Positions 7,357 through 16,899 of a stretch of DNA of 64,000 bases are shown here, one piece after another. The stretch comes from an uncultured Nitrososphaerota archaeon (GTDB lineage Archaea > Thermoproteota > Nitrososphaeria > Conexivisphaerales > DTJL01). Within the stretch, counting starts at the first letter, position 1. Every line of letters starts with the position of its first letter. Location of the stretch: contig CAWJIE010000002.1 of the NCBI GenBank assembly GCA_963842885.1, positions 128,001-192,000 of the forward strand, in the 5' to 3' direction. The translations under genes were made by a program, and so were the position numbers. The notes under the pieces are model-generated. The model did no database searches. It was not told where the DNA came from and worked only from the letters and a program-made list of their open reading frames with translations.

Positions 7357-9153
7357 CTACAGCAGCAGGAGCCAGGCGGCGAATATGATCGCCGTAGCGA
7401 TGAACAATCCCGCCCAGAGGCGCCGGCTGTGGTCGAAGATGTCCTTCCCGCTCATCGGGGCGACGGGGAAGGTTCCAACGAAGGACATGATCACGCACAT
7501 AGTCAGTCCCGCTCCGCCGATGGCCGCGTAGCCTCCCTTCAGCAGCAGGAAGAACAGCCCGGCGAAGGCCAGGGACACGAGGATCTGAAAAGCGGAGGCG
7601 ATGGCGTCCAATCGCTCGGTGTCCTTTTCGGAGGCCGCGCTCCGGGCGGGTTGCGAGAATGGCACCTTGAAGGCGAAGGTGGTGACGATGAAGAGGAGGA
7701 GCCCCAGGGGCCAGATCTTCTCCTCGCTCCATACGCCCTTGCTTCGCAGGTACACTATGGAGACGTACTCCTGCACGAAGCCGACGAAGACGCCGGTGGC
7801 GAGGAACACCGGGAGCAGCCCCCATATCTGGTCGAACGTCGCGACCTTAGCGTATGAGAATGACAGGGCAAGCACGACTATCGACACTACGTAGGCTAGT
7901 ATCTCCGTCGCGGTGGGAATGAAGACACTCCCAGCCTTCTCCACTGCGGTCTCTTCGGTCTTGGATGAGAGCAGCTCGCTTATCCAGTCTCTAACGTTGT
8001 CGGGGATGAGGCCCTTCGTCTTCTCGGCCAGCGTCCCACCCACGCTTCCCAGAGGGTTGCTCGCGACCGCAAAGACCGCCGAAGCCAATCCCATCACCAC
8101 GGCGGACACGGCGACGGCCGCCGCAGCATTGACCGGCTTGGGAACCCAGACCTGCTGCAGGAGTTCAGAGGTAGACGAAGGACTCGTCGTCGGGGAGTCG
8201 GGGATTACAGAGAGGGTTCCGCTTCCGTAGTTCGCGACGATCACCTCACCTCTGTCGGAATCGTAGGTGGCACCATAGGGCTTGGTCCCCACGGCCACTG
8301 TCGCCACGACAGAGTTGTTCGCGTCCGATATTACCGAGACCGAGGCGGCGTCTCTGTTGAGGACGAATACCTCGCCCTTGCTCGGGTCGTAGACGGTGGC
8401 CCCTGGGCTCGAACCCACTGTCACCGTCGCCACCACAGCGTCGCTGCTGTCTGAGATGACCGACACCGTGCCTGAGACGGAGTTGGCCACGAACACTTCG
8501 CCCTTGGCAGGGTCATAATCCGCTCCCAAGGGGCCGCTACCGACGGAGACCGTCGCTACGACGGTGTTGTTGCTGTCTGAGATAACCGAGACGGAGCGGG
8601 AGTAGGCATTTGCCACGAAGACTTCGCCCTTGGCCGAATCGTAGCACAAGTCATACGGGCCAGTCCCCACAGTTATGGTCGCAACGACCGAGTTATTGCC
8701 GTCGGCGATGACGGAGACTGCATTCCCGCCGGACTCAGCCACGAAGACTTCACCCTTGGCGGAGTCATAGGCGAAAGACGATGGAGAGGCCCCGACAGGC
8801 ACGGTCGCCACGACGGAGTTGTTCGCGTCCGATATGACCGAGACGGTGTTAGCGCCATAGTTGGCGACGAAGATCTCGCCCTTGCCAGCATCGTAGGCAT
8901 CCCTGTACGGCGACTGCCCGACGCTCACGGTTGCACGCACGGCATAGCTGCTGTCCGACAGTGCCAGGACCTTGCCTGCGCCCGAATTGACCAAGAATAT
9001 CTCACCTCTGCCAGAGTCATAGGCTACGCCCCAGGGTGCACCTCCCACCGTCACGGTGGAGGTCACTCCAAGGGCATGGACCACGGTGGGCACTGACAGG
9101 GCAAAAACCATGATGAATATGAAACCCAAGAGCTTCCAAGCTCTGACTCTCAT
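7357..9153 (-). CDS. YVTN/YncE-type beta-propeller surface protein fused to a C-terminal M50 peptidase-like membrane domain
   Basis: Signal peptide; seven ~42-aa repeats (YD.aKGEVFVAN..s.tVSVIsD.nnsVVATV.VG); multi-TM C-terminus with FPVAPMSGKDIF. Confidence 0.85.
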   Translation of the reverse strand: MRVRAWKLLGFIFIMVFALSVPTVVHALGVTSTVTVGGAPWGVAYDSGRGEIFLVNSGAGKVLALSDSSYAVRATVSVGQSPYRDAYDAGKGEIFVANYGANTVSVISDANNSVVATVPVGASPSSFAYDSAKGEVFVAESGGNAVSVIADGNNSVVATITVGTGPYDLCYDSAKGEVFVANAYSRSVSVISDSNNTVVATVSVGSGPLGADYDPAKGEVFVANSVSGTVSVISDSSDAVVATVTVGSSPGATVYDPSKGEVFVLNRDAASVSVISDANNSVVATVAVGTKPYGATYDSDRGEVIVANYGSGTLSVIPDSPTTSPSSTSELLQQVWVPKPVNAAAAVAVSAVVMGLASAVFAVASNPLGSVGGTLAEKTKGLIPDNVRDWISELLSSKTEETAVEKAGSVFIPTATEILAYVVSIVVLALSFSYAKVATFDQIWGLLPVFLATGVFVGFVQEYVSIVYLRSKGVWSEEKIWPLGLLLFIVTTFAFKVPFSQPARSAASEKDTERLDAIASAFQILVSLAFAGLFFLLLKGGYAAIGGAGLTMCVIMSFVGTFPVAPMSGKDIFDHSRRLWAGLFIATAIIFAAWLLLL

Positions 9154-9350
9154 GTAATTCCCAGACTTCCTTCTTGCGGAGGAGTATTCCCTGATTAAGA
9201 CTTAAGATTTTCCCTCGCCCGCATCAAGTTTGAATCAGAAATGGCCGAGCGGAATTGCTAAATCGTGCAAGCTCTCGGGAGGTCGCAGGGCTTGCCATCC
9301 TAGCCCTGACGATCAGGAAGACGACCAAGCGGGTAGAGTCGCACTCGAAT

Positions 9351-9405
9351 TGACGATCCTCGCTTGATCATGTTTGAGTCATTGAAAACAATAGGTCAAT
9401 TGACC
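9351..9405 (+). repeat. Dispersed repeat family B, 3'-half copy
   Basis: gacgatcctcgcttgatcatgtttgagtcattgaaaacaataggtcaattgacc. Confidence 0.8.
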
Positions 9406-9423
9406 GGGGGGAGGGGCGCCCCG

Positions 9424-9543
9424 AGCCCATGGCAGTCTTGGATCTCTGTTGCTGCCGGAAAAGGAATCAATATCATCAACCTGACCTACGACGATTCTCG
9501 CTTAGTCATCTTTAGCATATTGAAAGCAATAGGTTAATTGAAT
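9424..9543 (+). repeat. Dispersed repeat family B, full ~120-bp copy
   Basis: Collinear with 26048-26170: ttggatctctgttgctgccggaaaaggaatcaatatcatc...ctcgcttagtcatcttta...ttgaaagcaatagg. Confidence 0.9.
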
Positions 9544-9682
9544 GGGAGATAGCCAGCGGAGAGTGTAGGGACCTATCGGACGACCTTCACCATCGCCATG
9601 CGGTCGACCGCGAAGCCTTTCTTCTTGTGCAGTCTTATGGCATATTCATTCTAAGCCGAAAGAGCGACGGTCCTTGACTCCT

Positions 9683-11599
9683 TCAGGCCAGGGGGGCCGT
9701 CGCGAGGGTGGAGAACGAGGACAGGTCGCTCACCATGACCTCGCTCTGCGATATGGTGTAGAGGCAGTTCCCTATGATGACGCTCCTGTCTATCTGCAGG
9801 CTGCTGTTGGGCGAGTCGCCGAAGTTCTGGCTGGCGGGGTACTGGGAGACCTTGCCGAGGAGCGTGAAGCCTGTGTCCGTCACGTTGAAGACATAGACGC
9901 CCTGCCAGACGATGTCGCCATAGGGCGGAGGGCTGTTCGGGTCAACCGTCTGGTTCCCGCTCACCTGCGCGAGCGTGACCGGGATCACCATTATGTTCCG
10001 TGTCGAATCGAAGGTGAACGCTAGATGGTCGCTGAGCACGGGGGAATCCGTCCCGCGGTCCCCTATCAGGTACTTTGAGACCTGCGTCGACGTCCCGTTG
10101 TCGAAGACCTGGAAGAGGGAAAGCTTCAGCCCGAGGTACCAGGCGAAGTCGCCGTTGGATGATGGCACCGCGTCCTTCCCGACGCCTATCAGGTACCCGT
10201 TCGGTAGAGGATGGAGGTAATCAGAGAAGCCGGTGACCTTAAGGGCGCTGAGGATGACGGGGTTGGTCACGTCCTTGAAGGAGATGGCGAACAGCGGGTC
10301 GATCTGCTCGAATGTGACCACGTAGCCCATGTCATCAACGAAGCGAACGGCATAGATGTTCTCCCCTGGCGCGATGTTCTTGAGGGCGGCCACTTGGCTC
10401 ATGTTCTGGTCGAGCACGTAGACGTCGTCGCTCGTCGTCCCTACCCCGTTGATGACGGCCGTTCCGCTCGTCGCCACCCTGAAGTACCCGTCGTATTCGT
10501 CCATCGAGAACTGGTTCAGGACCGCCCCCGGCACCGAGGCCACGGCCGCCACGCCGACGGCGCCGTTCGAGTACGAAGCGCGGAATATTGTGCTGTTCTG
10601 CGATTGTACCGTCGTGGTCGGCGTCGCGATGCCACCGTTGAAGACGTCCCCGGGGATGCCGTCGGCGTAGAACACGGGATAGTTGGCGTAAACGACGTAG
10701 ATGTTAGCCGTGGACACGTAGATCGTCGAGGACGGTCCGGTGAGGACTGTGGTGACGTTGTTCGTCCCCGTGGACATGCTCATGCTTACGATCATCGTGT
10801 AGTAGCTGATGAGCGTCACGTTCTGCGCGTAGAATATGGAGGACGGCGGGAGGACCACCATGTTGCCGTTCTCGTACACTTCTGGCATCGCGGCCGTCGC
10901 GTTGCCGTTCGTCCACTGGTAGGAGGGCTGCTGGACGACGGCGTAGGCGTATCCCTGGGCCATGCGCGCCGACACGTAGCTCCCTTGGATGCTGGAGTTC
11001 TCCATCAGCCTTGGCGATGAGAGGTTGGAGACGTCATAGAGGAGGAGGTCGATGTACATGTCGCCTGAGGACCGCTGGCTGACGACGAAGAGGCGGTCCT
11101 GATAGACCTCTATCCCCAGCACGTTGTCTCCCTTGAGGGAGATCGTAGAAAGGACGGCCGTCGAATTCGGCGGGTAGGCGTTCATTATCGTCACGGCGTC
11201 GGTCGTCGAAACGAAGAGGTGCGTCCCGTCCGTCTTCACCCTGTCTACCTCGTCGACGCCCTGGACTTGGACGTTGGTGCCCGTGAACGAGGGGGTCGAG
11301 ACCGAAGAAGTGAGTGCGGCGGCGGCGTTACCCATGTCCGGCAAGCCGACGAAGATCCCGCCGAATCCGCCCAATGTGCCGTACCTCTGCACGCTCTTGG
11401 CGTTCGCATCGATGAAGGCCCGAAGTCCAGGGTAGCCCTGGAAGGAGCTTATCCCCTCCGCGACCGCATTTGCCGGAGGAACGTTATAGTTCAGGGACAG
11501 CACGGAGAGCATGCCAAGCAGGCCCGCCGTGCATACTATTCCTATGACGAGAATCGCAGCATTCTTGCGCCACGTGTGGTTCGCCGAAGCCTTCTGCAT
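9683..11599 (-). CDS. Secreted beta-propeller domain protein (Beta_propel family)
   Basis: TNVQVQGVDEVDRVKTDG, LNQFSMDEYDGYFRVAT, APGENIYAVRF, VVTFEQIDPLF and LKVTGFSDYLHP motifs. Confidence 0.9.
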   Translation of the reverse strand: MQKASANHTWRKNAAILVIGIVCTAGLLGMLSVLSLNYNVPPANAVAEGISSFQGYPGLRAFIDANAKSVQRYGTLGGFGGIFVGLPDMGNAAAALTSSVSTPSFTGTNVQVQGVDEVDRVKTDGTHLFVSTTDAVTIMNAYPPNSTAVLSTISLKGDNVLGIEVYQDRLFVVSQRSSGDMYIDLLLYDVSNLSSPRLMENSSIQGSYVSARMAQGYAYAVVQQPSYQWTNGNATAAMPEVYENGNMVVLPPSSIFYAQNVTLISYYTMIVSMSMSTGTNNVTTVLTGPSSTIYVSTANIYVVYANYPVFYADGIPGDVFNGGIATPTTTVQSQNSTIFRASYSNGAVGVAAVASVPGAVLNQFSMDEYDGYFRVATSGTAVINGVGTTSDDVYVLDQNMSQVAALKNIAPGENIYAVRFVDDMGYVVTFEQIDPLFAISFKDVTNPVILSALKVTGFSDYLHPLPNGYLIGVGKDAVPSSNGDFAWYLGLKLSLFQVFDNGTSTQVSKYLIGDRGTDSPVLSDHLAFTFDSTRNIMVIPVTLAQVSGNQTVDPNSPPPYGDIVWQGVYVFNVTDTGFTLLGKVSQYPASQNFGDSPNSSLQIDRSVIIGNCLYTISQSEVMVSDLSSFSTLATAPLA

Positions 11600-11757
11600 G
11601 AGCTATCGGGAGGATGTGTCGTGATTAAAGCTCAACTAAACGAACATCCGTTCTAAAGCGCCGAACGCCCATCCGTTCCTTCATCGGAGAGGGCGTAGTT
11701 TCCGTCAGGACCGAGGACAATCAACCCTTCAAGTTTCTTTAAGTGGGAATTCAAGTT

Positions 11758-11871
11758 GCCGCTGCTGGATATGACCATCACGGACAGCATGTCTTAGACG
11801 CAGGCTTGGACTTGCGAAATGGGCTGACTGGTTCATCCTTGAGTTATTGAGAACAACAGGTCAATTGAATC
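11758..11871 (+). repeat. Degenerate repeat family B copy, also carrying aggcttggacttgc shared with the flank of family A (~3027)
   Basis: gctgctggata...catccttgagttattgagaacaacaggtcaattgaatc. Confidence 0.7.
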
Positions 11872-11923
11872 AGGTAAAGGTCTGCCAACGGCGGCGAGTT
11901 TCCTTCTGTCTAACATCAACGCA

Positions 11924-12193
11924 TCAACCTTGCAGGACGGGGGTTCTGTGAAAGACGTAACAGTTGGCTGAGACGGTTCTCACTGTCAAGATGATGTCTT
12001 CCTGATGCGGTTCCTGCAACAGTTCATGCTTCGTCTGCCCCGCATAAGGGACATATGCACCTACAGCGGCGATTACGAAGCCCACGAGCGCGTTGTTATA
12101 CTTCGGAGGAACCCTTGCGAATGCCTCCGATAACCCCTTCGAGCCCACCAGGACTAGCAGGGTCAGCGAAAGGATTGAACCGACGGCGACCAT
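11924..12193 (-). CDS. Small hydrophobic ORF, possible membrane-protein remnant
   Basis: Two hydrophobic segments; no family recognised. Confidence 0.3.
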   Translation of the reverse strand: MVAVGSILSLTLLVLVGSKGLSEAFARVPPKYNNALVGFVIAAVGAYVPYAGQTKHELLQEPHQEDIILTVRTVSANCYVFHRTPVLQG

Positions 12194-12269
12194 GAAGCCT
12201 AAGCCAAGACTTCGAAGCTATTGCAAAGGGTCATGTAGTTTCTCTACGTATCCACGATGAAAGGACAGT

Positions 12270-12770
12270 TTGGCGGATATCGCAGAGGACGGTTTGAAAA
12301 CCGTCGGGCACCAGGGGCCCAAGGACGTTCGGGGGGATGGCGACGGCCAGCTGCGGTCCGTAATCGACAACGCACCCTTCGGAATCCACTTCTACAAGCT
12401 GGAGCAGGAAGGCCGCCTCGTCTTCGTCGGAGCGAACCCCGCCGCGGACCGGATACTCAACTTCTCGCACAGCCATATAGTCGGCAAGACGATAGAGGAG
12501 GCCTTCCCCGGTCTGAAAGGGACGAAGATCCCCAGCGAGTACCGGCGGGTCGCCGACACCGAAATGGGCATGAACAAGGAGCAGCTCGACAAGCTGTTCA
12601 CGCCCCTTTTCACGACCAAGGCCCAAGGCCTCGGCATGGGGCTGGCCATCTGCAAGCGCCTCGTCGAAGTCCACGGCGGCTGGATAGACGTGAAGAGCAG
12701 GCCCGGCAGGGGCACGACCTTCAGGGTCACGCTCCCGCGCATGGTTACTGCCTTCCGACGACACCGATGA
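12270..12770 (+). pseudogene. Internally deleted sensor histidine kinase (PAS start fused to HATPase_c end)
   Basis: LRSVIDNAPFGI...ANPAADRIL (PAS) joined to DTEMGM...FTPLFTTKAQGLGMGLAICKRLVEVHGG (G1/F/G2 boxes); no H or N box. Confidence 0.8.
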
Positions 12771-13010
12771 CAGCCAGTGGCTTCATGCCGATGGCCGAAG
12801 GAGACCTGGGGCTAAACGCAACTGAAGCCGTGTCCAGCCTCTTCCGATGCGCCTGTCTGGGCGACGACGATACGGTCACCGAGCTATAGGCAATGCTTGT
12901 GCTGCTGGTGTTGCCATTGACCGCCACCTGAGCCCTTAGCGCGGTTTCGTGACATTGCTTTATGCGGAACCTGACAAATGACGGTGCGTTCTGAGGCTTA
13001 GCATTAAGTA

Positions 13011-13740
13011 ATGCAACCATTCCCCATTCAACCGATGCAGCAGCCTGCGACGGGGAGGAACGTCAAACTGGTTCTTGCGGCTCTACTTGTGGCCCTTCTT
13101 GTGCTTTCGTCTGGGTTCGCCTTCTACTATGTGCAGACCGTCTCGACGATTGCAGACCTCCGGAACCAGATCGCCGTAGACCAGCAGCAGCTATCGAACC
13201 TGCAAGCCCAATTGACAAATGAGTCCATCCCTCTCAGGTTCCCGTCCGGGCTTCCCTTCTACTTGGAGAGCAACGGCACGTTGCCGGGAGAGGAACTGGT
13301 ATTGCTGATGCAGCCGAATTCGGTGGCCTTCATAACGCTGAGCTACACGTGGCGACAGGTCGGCTTCTTCGGCAACGGCACGCTCTTTCCATCGGTGGAC
13401 GTCTGGGAGAATCAGACTGCCGGCGGAACAACTTCTGGAGGTTTCGTCCAGACTCCGGACGTGAGCATCTTCGCGACACCGGGTACCGTATCCGTGAACC
13501 AGACCACGCCGACCACGGTCGTCCTTACGCTCAGCTCCAACGATGCTTCAAAGGGGATTCTACCTCTTGGGCATCCCCTATCTGTGTCCTGAGGCGCTTC
13601 TGGCAGTAGGCTACCCGGCGGCGCAAATCAACTACTCCTCCTTTAATGCCCCAGTGCTATATTGCCCTGCCTTCGGGTATGACATATCCATCGTAGGGCT
13701 AAGCGGAATGGCCTATACTTATGTTCCAATTGGGCAGTGA
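13011..13740 (+). CDS. Membrane-anchored protein with short coiled-coil stalk and beta domain; frameshift near 13550
   Basis: TM plus IADLRNQIAVDQQQLSNLQAQL; frame continues as GFYLLGIPYLCPEALLAVGY in ORF 13543..13740. Confidence 0.65.
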
Positions 13741-13745
13741 AGACG

Positions 13746-13788
13746 GTTTGGGTATCTATTGCTGCTGGAAAAGAAGGCGATATCAGCT
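13746..13788 (+). repeat. Repeat family B, 5'-half copy
   Basis: tttgggtatctattgctgctggaaaagaaggcgatatcag. Confidence 0.7.
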
Positions 13789-13880
13789 CTCAGAGTCGAG
13801 CCGCCGTTGAACATCAACCCGAAGCCGTGACTTCGAACCGTCCACTCGAATAGAACTAAATACGCAACCCCGTCTATGCA

Positions 13881-14459
13881 TTGCAAATGACCTCCGGAGG
13901 CTCAACGGTCGGGGGACGGAGCGGCATCGGCGCCACAAGGCTGGCCATCCTCATTGCGGTCGTGGCGATCGTAGCGGCTTCTTCCGCCTGCGCAATCCTG
14001 TACTATGACTATATGTCCCAGCGAACGGAGATGTCGGGTCTGCGGGGCACCATTTCGTCCCTTCAGCAGCAGGTCGCCATCCTTGAGCTGCAGCTCAATG
14101 CCCTCCAAGAACAGCTGAACATCACGGGGCCGTCTCAATCGGTGTCGATAACGGAGGTCACGTGCGAAACGAACGTCTGTGGCATCGAGTTGGTGGGCCT
14201 AAGGGAGAACGTCTCCGTGACGGGGATCCAGATAGGGAACACCACCTTCACGACTGCCGGCCCCCTGTGCAGGTGCGAAGAGGCGTGTCCGCTGTACATG
14301 TTGGCGATGCCGATTCACCTCCAGCAGGGGGTGGCGTTCGACCTCTCCGAGTCGGTGAACCTAGCCCCCGGCCAATCGGTGGTGGTCCGCGTCCTCGCCG
14401 ACGACGGCTCGGTGGCCAGCGCCATGGCCCCTGTCGGGAACGGCACCTGTATCCCCTGA
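13881..14459 (+). CDS. Membrane-anchored protein with coiled-coil stalk and Cys-containing beta domain
   Basis: TM plus ISSLQQQVAILELQLNALQEQL. Confidence 0.7.
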   Translation: MQMTSGGSTVGGRSGIGATRLAILIAVVAIVAASSACAILYYDYMSQRTEMSGLRGTISSLQQQVAILELQLNALQEQLNITGPSQSVSITEVTCETNVCGIELVGLRENVSVTGIQIGNTTFTTAGPLCRCEEACPLYMLAMPIHLQQGVAFDLSESVNLAPGQSVVVRVLADDGSVASAMAPVGNGTCIP

Positions 14460-14779
14460 CCGGAGCCTGCAGGAGGCGGTGGGCGAAGACGGGGAGGCCG
14501 CCGCTGCACTTCGAGGATCAAAGTGCCTGCGATTCTTATCCCTGCCCGACCCTCCTTCCCCCAGACACTGAAGACCGTGTTGCGACCGCCTATGAGCGAT
14601 CGTCCTCTCAGGCCAAGATGAGAGCGCTGGTTCCAACACCCAAGCACGCGCGTGCGATGCCGGAAATGTGCGGCTCGGCCAGACCGTCGGCGAAGGTCTC
14701 CATGAACCCTCGAACCTCCCAAATCGGCCGAAACATCTGAAAGATGCTGGAAAAGCTGAGAAAGTCGGCGTGAATATGG

Positions 14780-15160
14780 CTAGTCGGCCGTGCCCTCTCT
14801 AGCGCGCCAGGGGAGGGAACCCCTGAAAGTGAGGTAGACGAGGACGCCTGCTATCCCTCCCAGGAACACCGGCAGAAGCGTAATCATCACAAGGAGGCCG
14901 CCCTGGTGGGGGATCGATGATACAGAAGCTGCGAGCGAGAGGTTGACCTGGTTTACCGTGGAGGAGAAGATGCCCGAGGAGTTGGTCGCCGGGACGGCCG
15001 GGCCGAAAGCGGAGCCGCCGCTGGATGTCGGGGTCATGGAGGCGGCGAGGCCTCCTCCCTGGATGGCAGGGAGGAGCACCACTACGAGAGCTGCCAGGAC
15101 GCCCGCCAGGGCGCTGAAGGTGAACCCGCGGCCTGCCATTGCGACTTCTCTAACCCCCAA
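14780..15160 (-). CDS. Two-TM hypothetical membrane protein
   Basis: N- and C-terminal hydrophobic helices with S/T/G-rich linker; directly downstream of the wHTH gene. Confidence 0.6.
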   Translation of the reverse strand: MGVREVAMAGRGFTFSALAGVLAALVVVLLPAIQGGGLAASMTPTSSGGSAFGPAVPATNSSGIFSSTVNQVNLSLAASVSSIPHQGGLLVMITLLPVFLGGIAGVLVYLTFRGSLPWRAREGTAD

Positions 15161-15179
15161 GCCAAGTTAATACTAACTG

Positions 15180-15626
15180 TTAGAACGGCCTCCTACGCCA
15201 GGTCCGCCACGCCTCGTACCAGAAGGCGGCGGCACCGCCCACGGTGCCCACGAACGTGTAAAGGTTGATCGAGGCGGGCGTCAGGAGGAGGGAGGCCGCG
15301 GCTATGACCGTGAAGAATGGCGCGTAGAAGCCGAGGCGGGGGAGGGTCATGCCGCCGACATTCGCGAAGGACTGCAGGACGCCGACATCGACCTTCCTGA
15401 TGAGGACGTAGCGGCCGAAGTTGTCCCGCTCCACGATGCCCAGGCCCACGAGCTTGTCCATGTGATGAGACGCGACGCTGGGGCTGGAGAACCCGAGCTC
15501 TCGTTGGACCTCTCTGATCCCTACGGCAGAACCGTGTCTCAGCAGGTAAACGTACAACTGAAACGTCTTCCCCTTCAGCCCGTACTCTATCTCGTCCCGC
15601 CCCGGCCCTTCCCCCGGCTGTGACAT
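15180..15626 (-). CDS. Winged-helix transcriptional regulator with two C-terminal TM helices
   Basis: LKGKTFQLYVYLL...GIREVQRELGFSSPSVASHHMDKLVGLGIV; hydrophobic C-terminus. Confidence 0.85.
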   Translation of the reverse strand: MSQPGEGPGRDEIEYGLKGKTFQLYVYLLRHGSAVGIREVQRELGFSSPSVASHHMDKLVGLGIVERDNFGRYVLIRKVDVGVLQSFANVGGMTLPRLGFYAPFFTVIAAASLLLTPASINLYTFVGTVGGAAAFWYEAWRTWRRRPF

Positions 15627-15772
15627 CGGTATCGCTCAAGCGGCTCTCGACTAAAAGTGTTGGCGGCGCCCGGAGCCGGTCCGGGCCGGCACAGCCCGTT
15701 CTACTTTCTGGACGGGAGCCGTTCCTGAAGTTGGGACTATAGTCCGGCCTCCCCTCATCGAGGGCGGTCGGA

Positions 15773-16723
15773 ATGCCCAAGATGCCCAGGGTCAGCGGAA
15801 AGGTGCTCGCAGCGATGGTGGTCGCCATGGCCGTCGCGTTCGCGGTGACCGGTTTCGTCCTCCAAGGAGGCGTCCTGACGGCCGGGCTGCAGGCAAGTCC
15901 CCAGGAGTCCGGTTCGTCCGGGAGCCTTTCGGCCAACATAAACATGGGGTCGGCCGCCTCCACCGATGCCGGCACACCCCAGGCGGCCACGTCGCTTCAG
16001 ACGGGATCGTCCGCCACCATCGACCGCCTCGTCGTCTTCACCGGCAGCGTCTCTCTCAACGTCACCAACAGCAGCCTGGCCTTCCAGGAGGTCCAGAACG
16101 TGGCCCAGCTTGACGGGGGGTACGTCAGCGACTCCTCCGTCGGACCCGAAGACGGGTATGGCACCCAGGTCGTAGCCACGGCGGTCGTCCGCGTGCCGGC
16201 CGACAACTTCGCCCAGGCGATGGCGGACCTGCAGAAGCTTGGCCAGGTCATCTCGGCCCAGACCTCCAGCAAGGACGTCACGGGCGACTATGTCAACCTG
16301 AACGCAAGCCTGACGAGCTACCAGAAGCTGCTGGCGCAGTATCAGGGCTTCATGAACCTTACGACGAACGTCACGGACGCGCTCACCGTCCAGGCCAAGA
16401 TCGACTCGGTGCAGCAGACGATCGATTCGCTGACGGCCCAGATCCAGGAGATGTCAAAGGAGGTCAACCTGGCCACCATAACCGTCACGATCACGGAGCA
16501 CTTCCAGGAGGCCCCTGCCCCTGCGAAGAAGGACATGCTCAGCGATGCGACCGGCTTCGCTTGGGGCTTCGCCATGGTCGAAGCGAGAGGTGCCGCCTTC
16601 CTGACGGTGGGGCTGTCCCCACTCTGGGTGTGGCTGGTTCCCCTCCTGGTTGTGACAAGGATGCTCTACGCAAGGAGAGCTGGCAGCAGGGTCGGCGCGT
16701 CCAAGGTCAAAGCGGAGAGCTAA
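15773..16723 (+). CDS. DUF4349 domain-containing membrane protein
   Basis: GGYVSDS, VVRVPADNF, SKDVTGDYVNL, coiled coil, ATITVTITE and C-terminal TM. Confidence 0.85.
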   Translation: MPKMPRVSGKVLAAMVVAMAVAFAVTGFVLQGGVLTAGLQASPQESGSSGSLSANINMGSAASTDAGTPQAATSLQTGSSATIDRLVVFTGSVSLNVTNSSLAFQEVQNVAQLDGGYVSDSSVGPEDGYGTQVVATAVVRVPADNFAQAMADLQKLGQVISAQTSSKDVTGDYVNLNASLTSYQKLLAQYQGFMNLTTNVTDALTVQAKIDSVQQTIDSLTAQIQEMSKEVNLATITVTITEHFQEAPAPAKKDMLSDATGFAWGFAMVEARGAAFLTVGLSPLWVWLVPLLVVTRMLYARRAGSRVGASKVKAES

Positions 16724-16899
16724 CCGTAGCATATCTGAAAGATGGGACTAAACGGAGAGGGCTCCGCAAATAGCTACTTTCTATACGCATTTCCTCTACG
16801 CCGTGTTCTGGATTAAGGTGAGGCATCAAGTCTGACCGCAACAGAGTACTCCCCATGGTGGGTGACGCTGGCGTCGACGGATTCGAACTGCGGGCGTCG

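Noticed and set aside
9424-9480. Family B as a conserved small peptide (MILIxFPAAxDIQ on the minus strand)
   Set aside because: Starts and stops are inconsistent between copies and substitutions are mostly non-synonymous; DNA-level conservation explains it.
9351-9543. ATTGAAA(A/G)C motifs as CRISPR repeat ends
   Set aside because: Only two diverged copies ~140 bp apart; they belong to dispersed family B.
16855-16895. tggtggg...ggattcgaac resembling the reverse complement of a tRNA 3' end
   Set aside because: Spacing and stems do not form a T-arm or acceptor stem.
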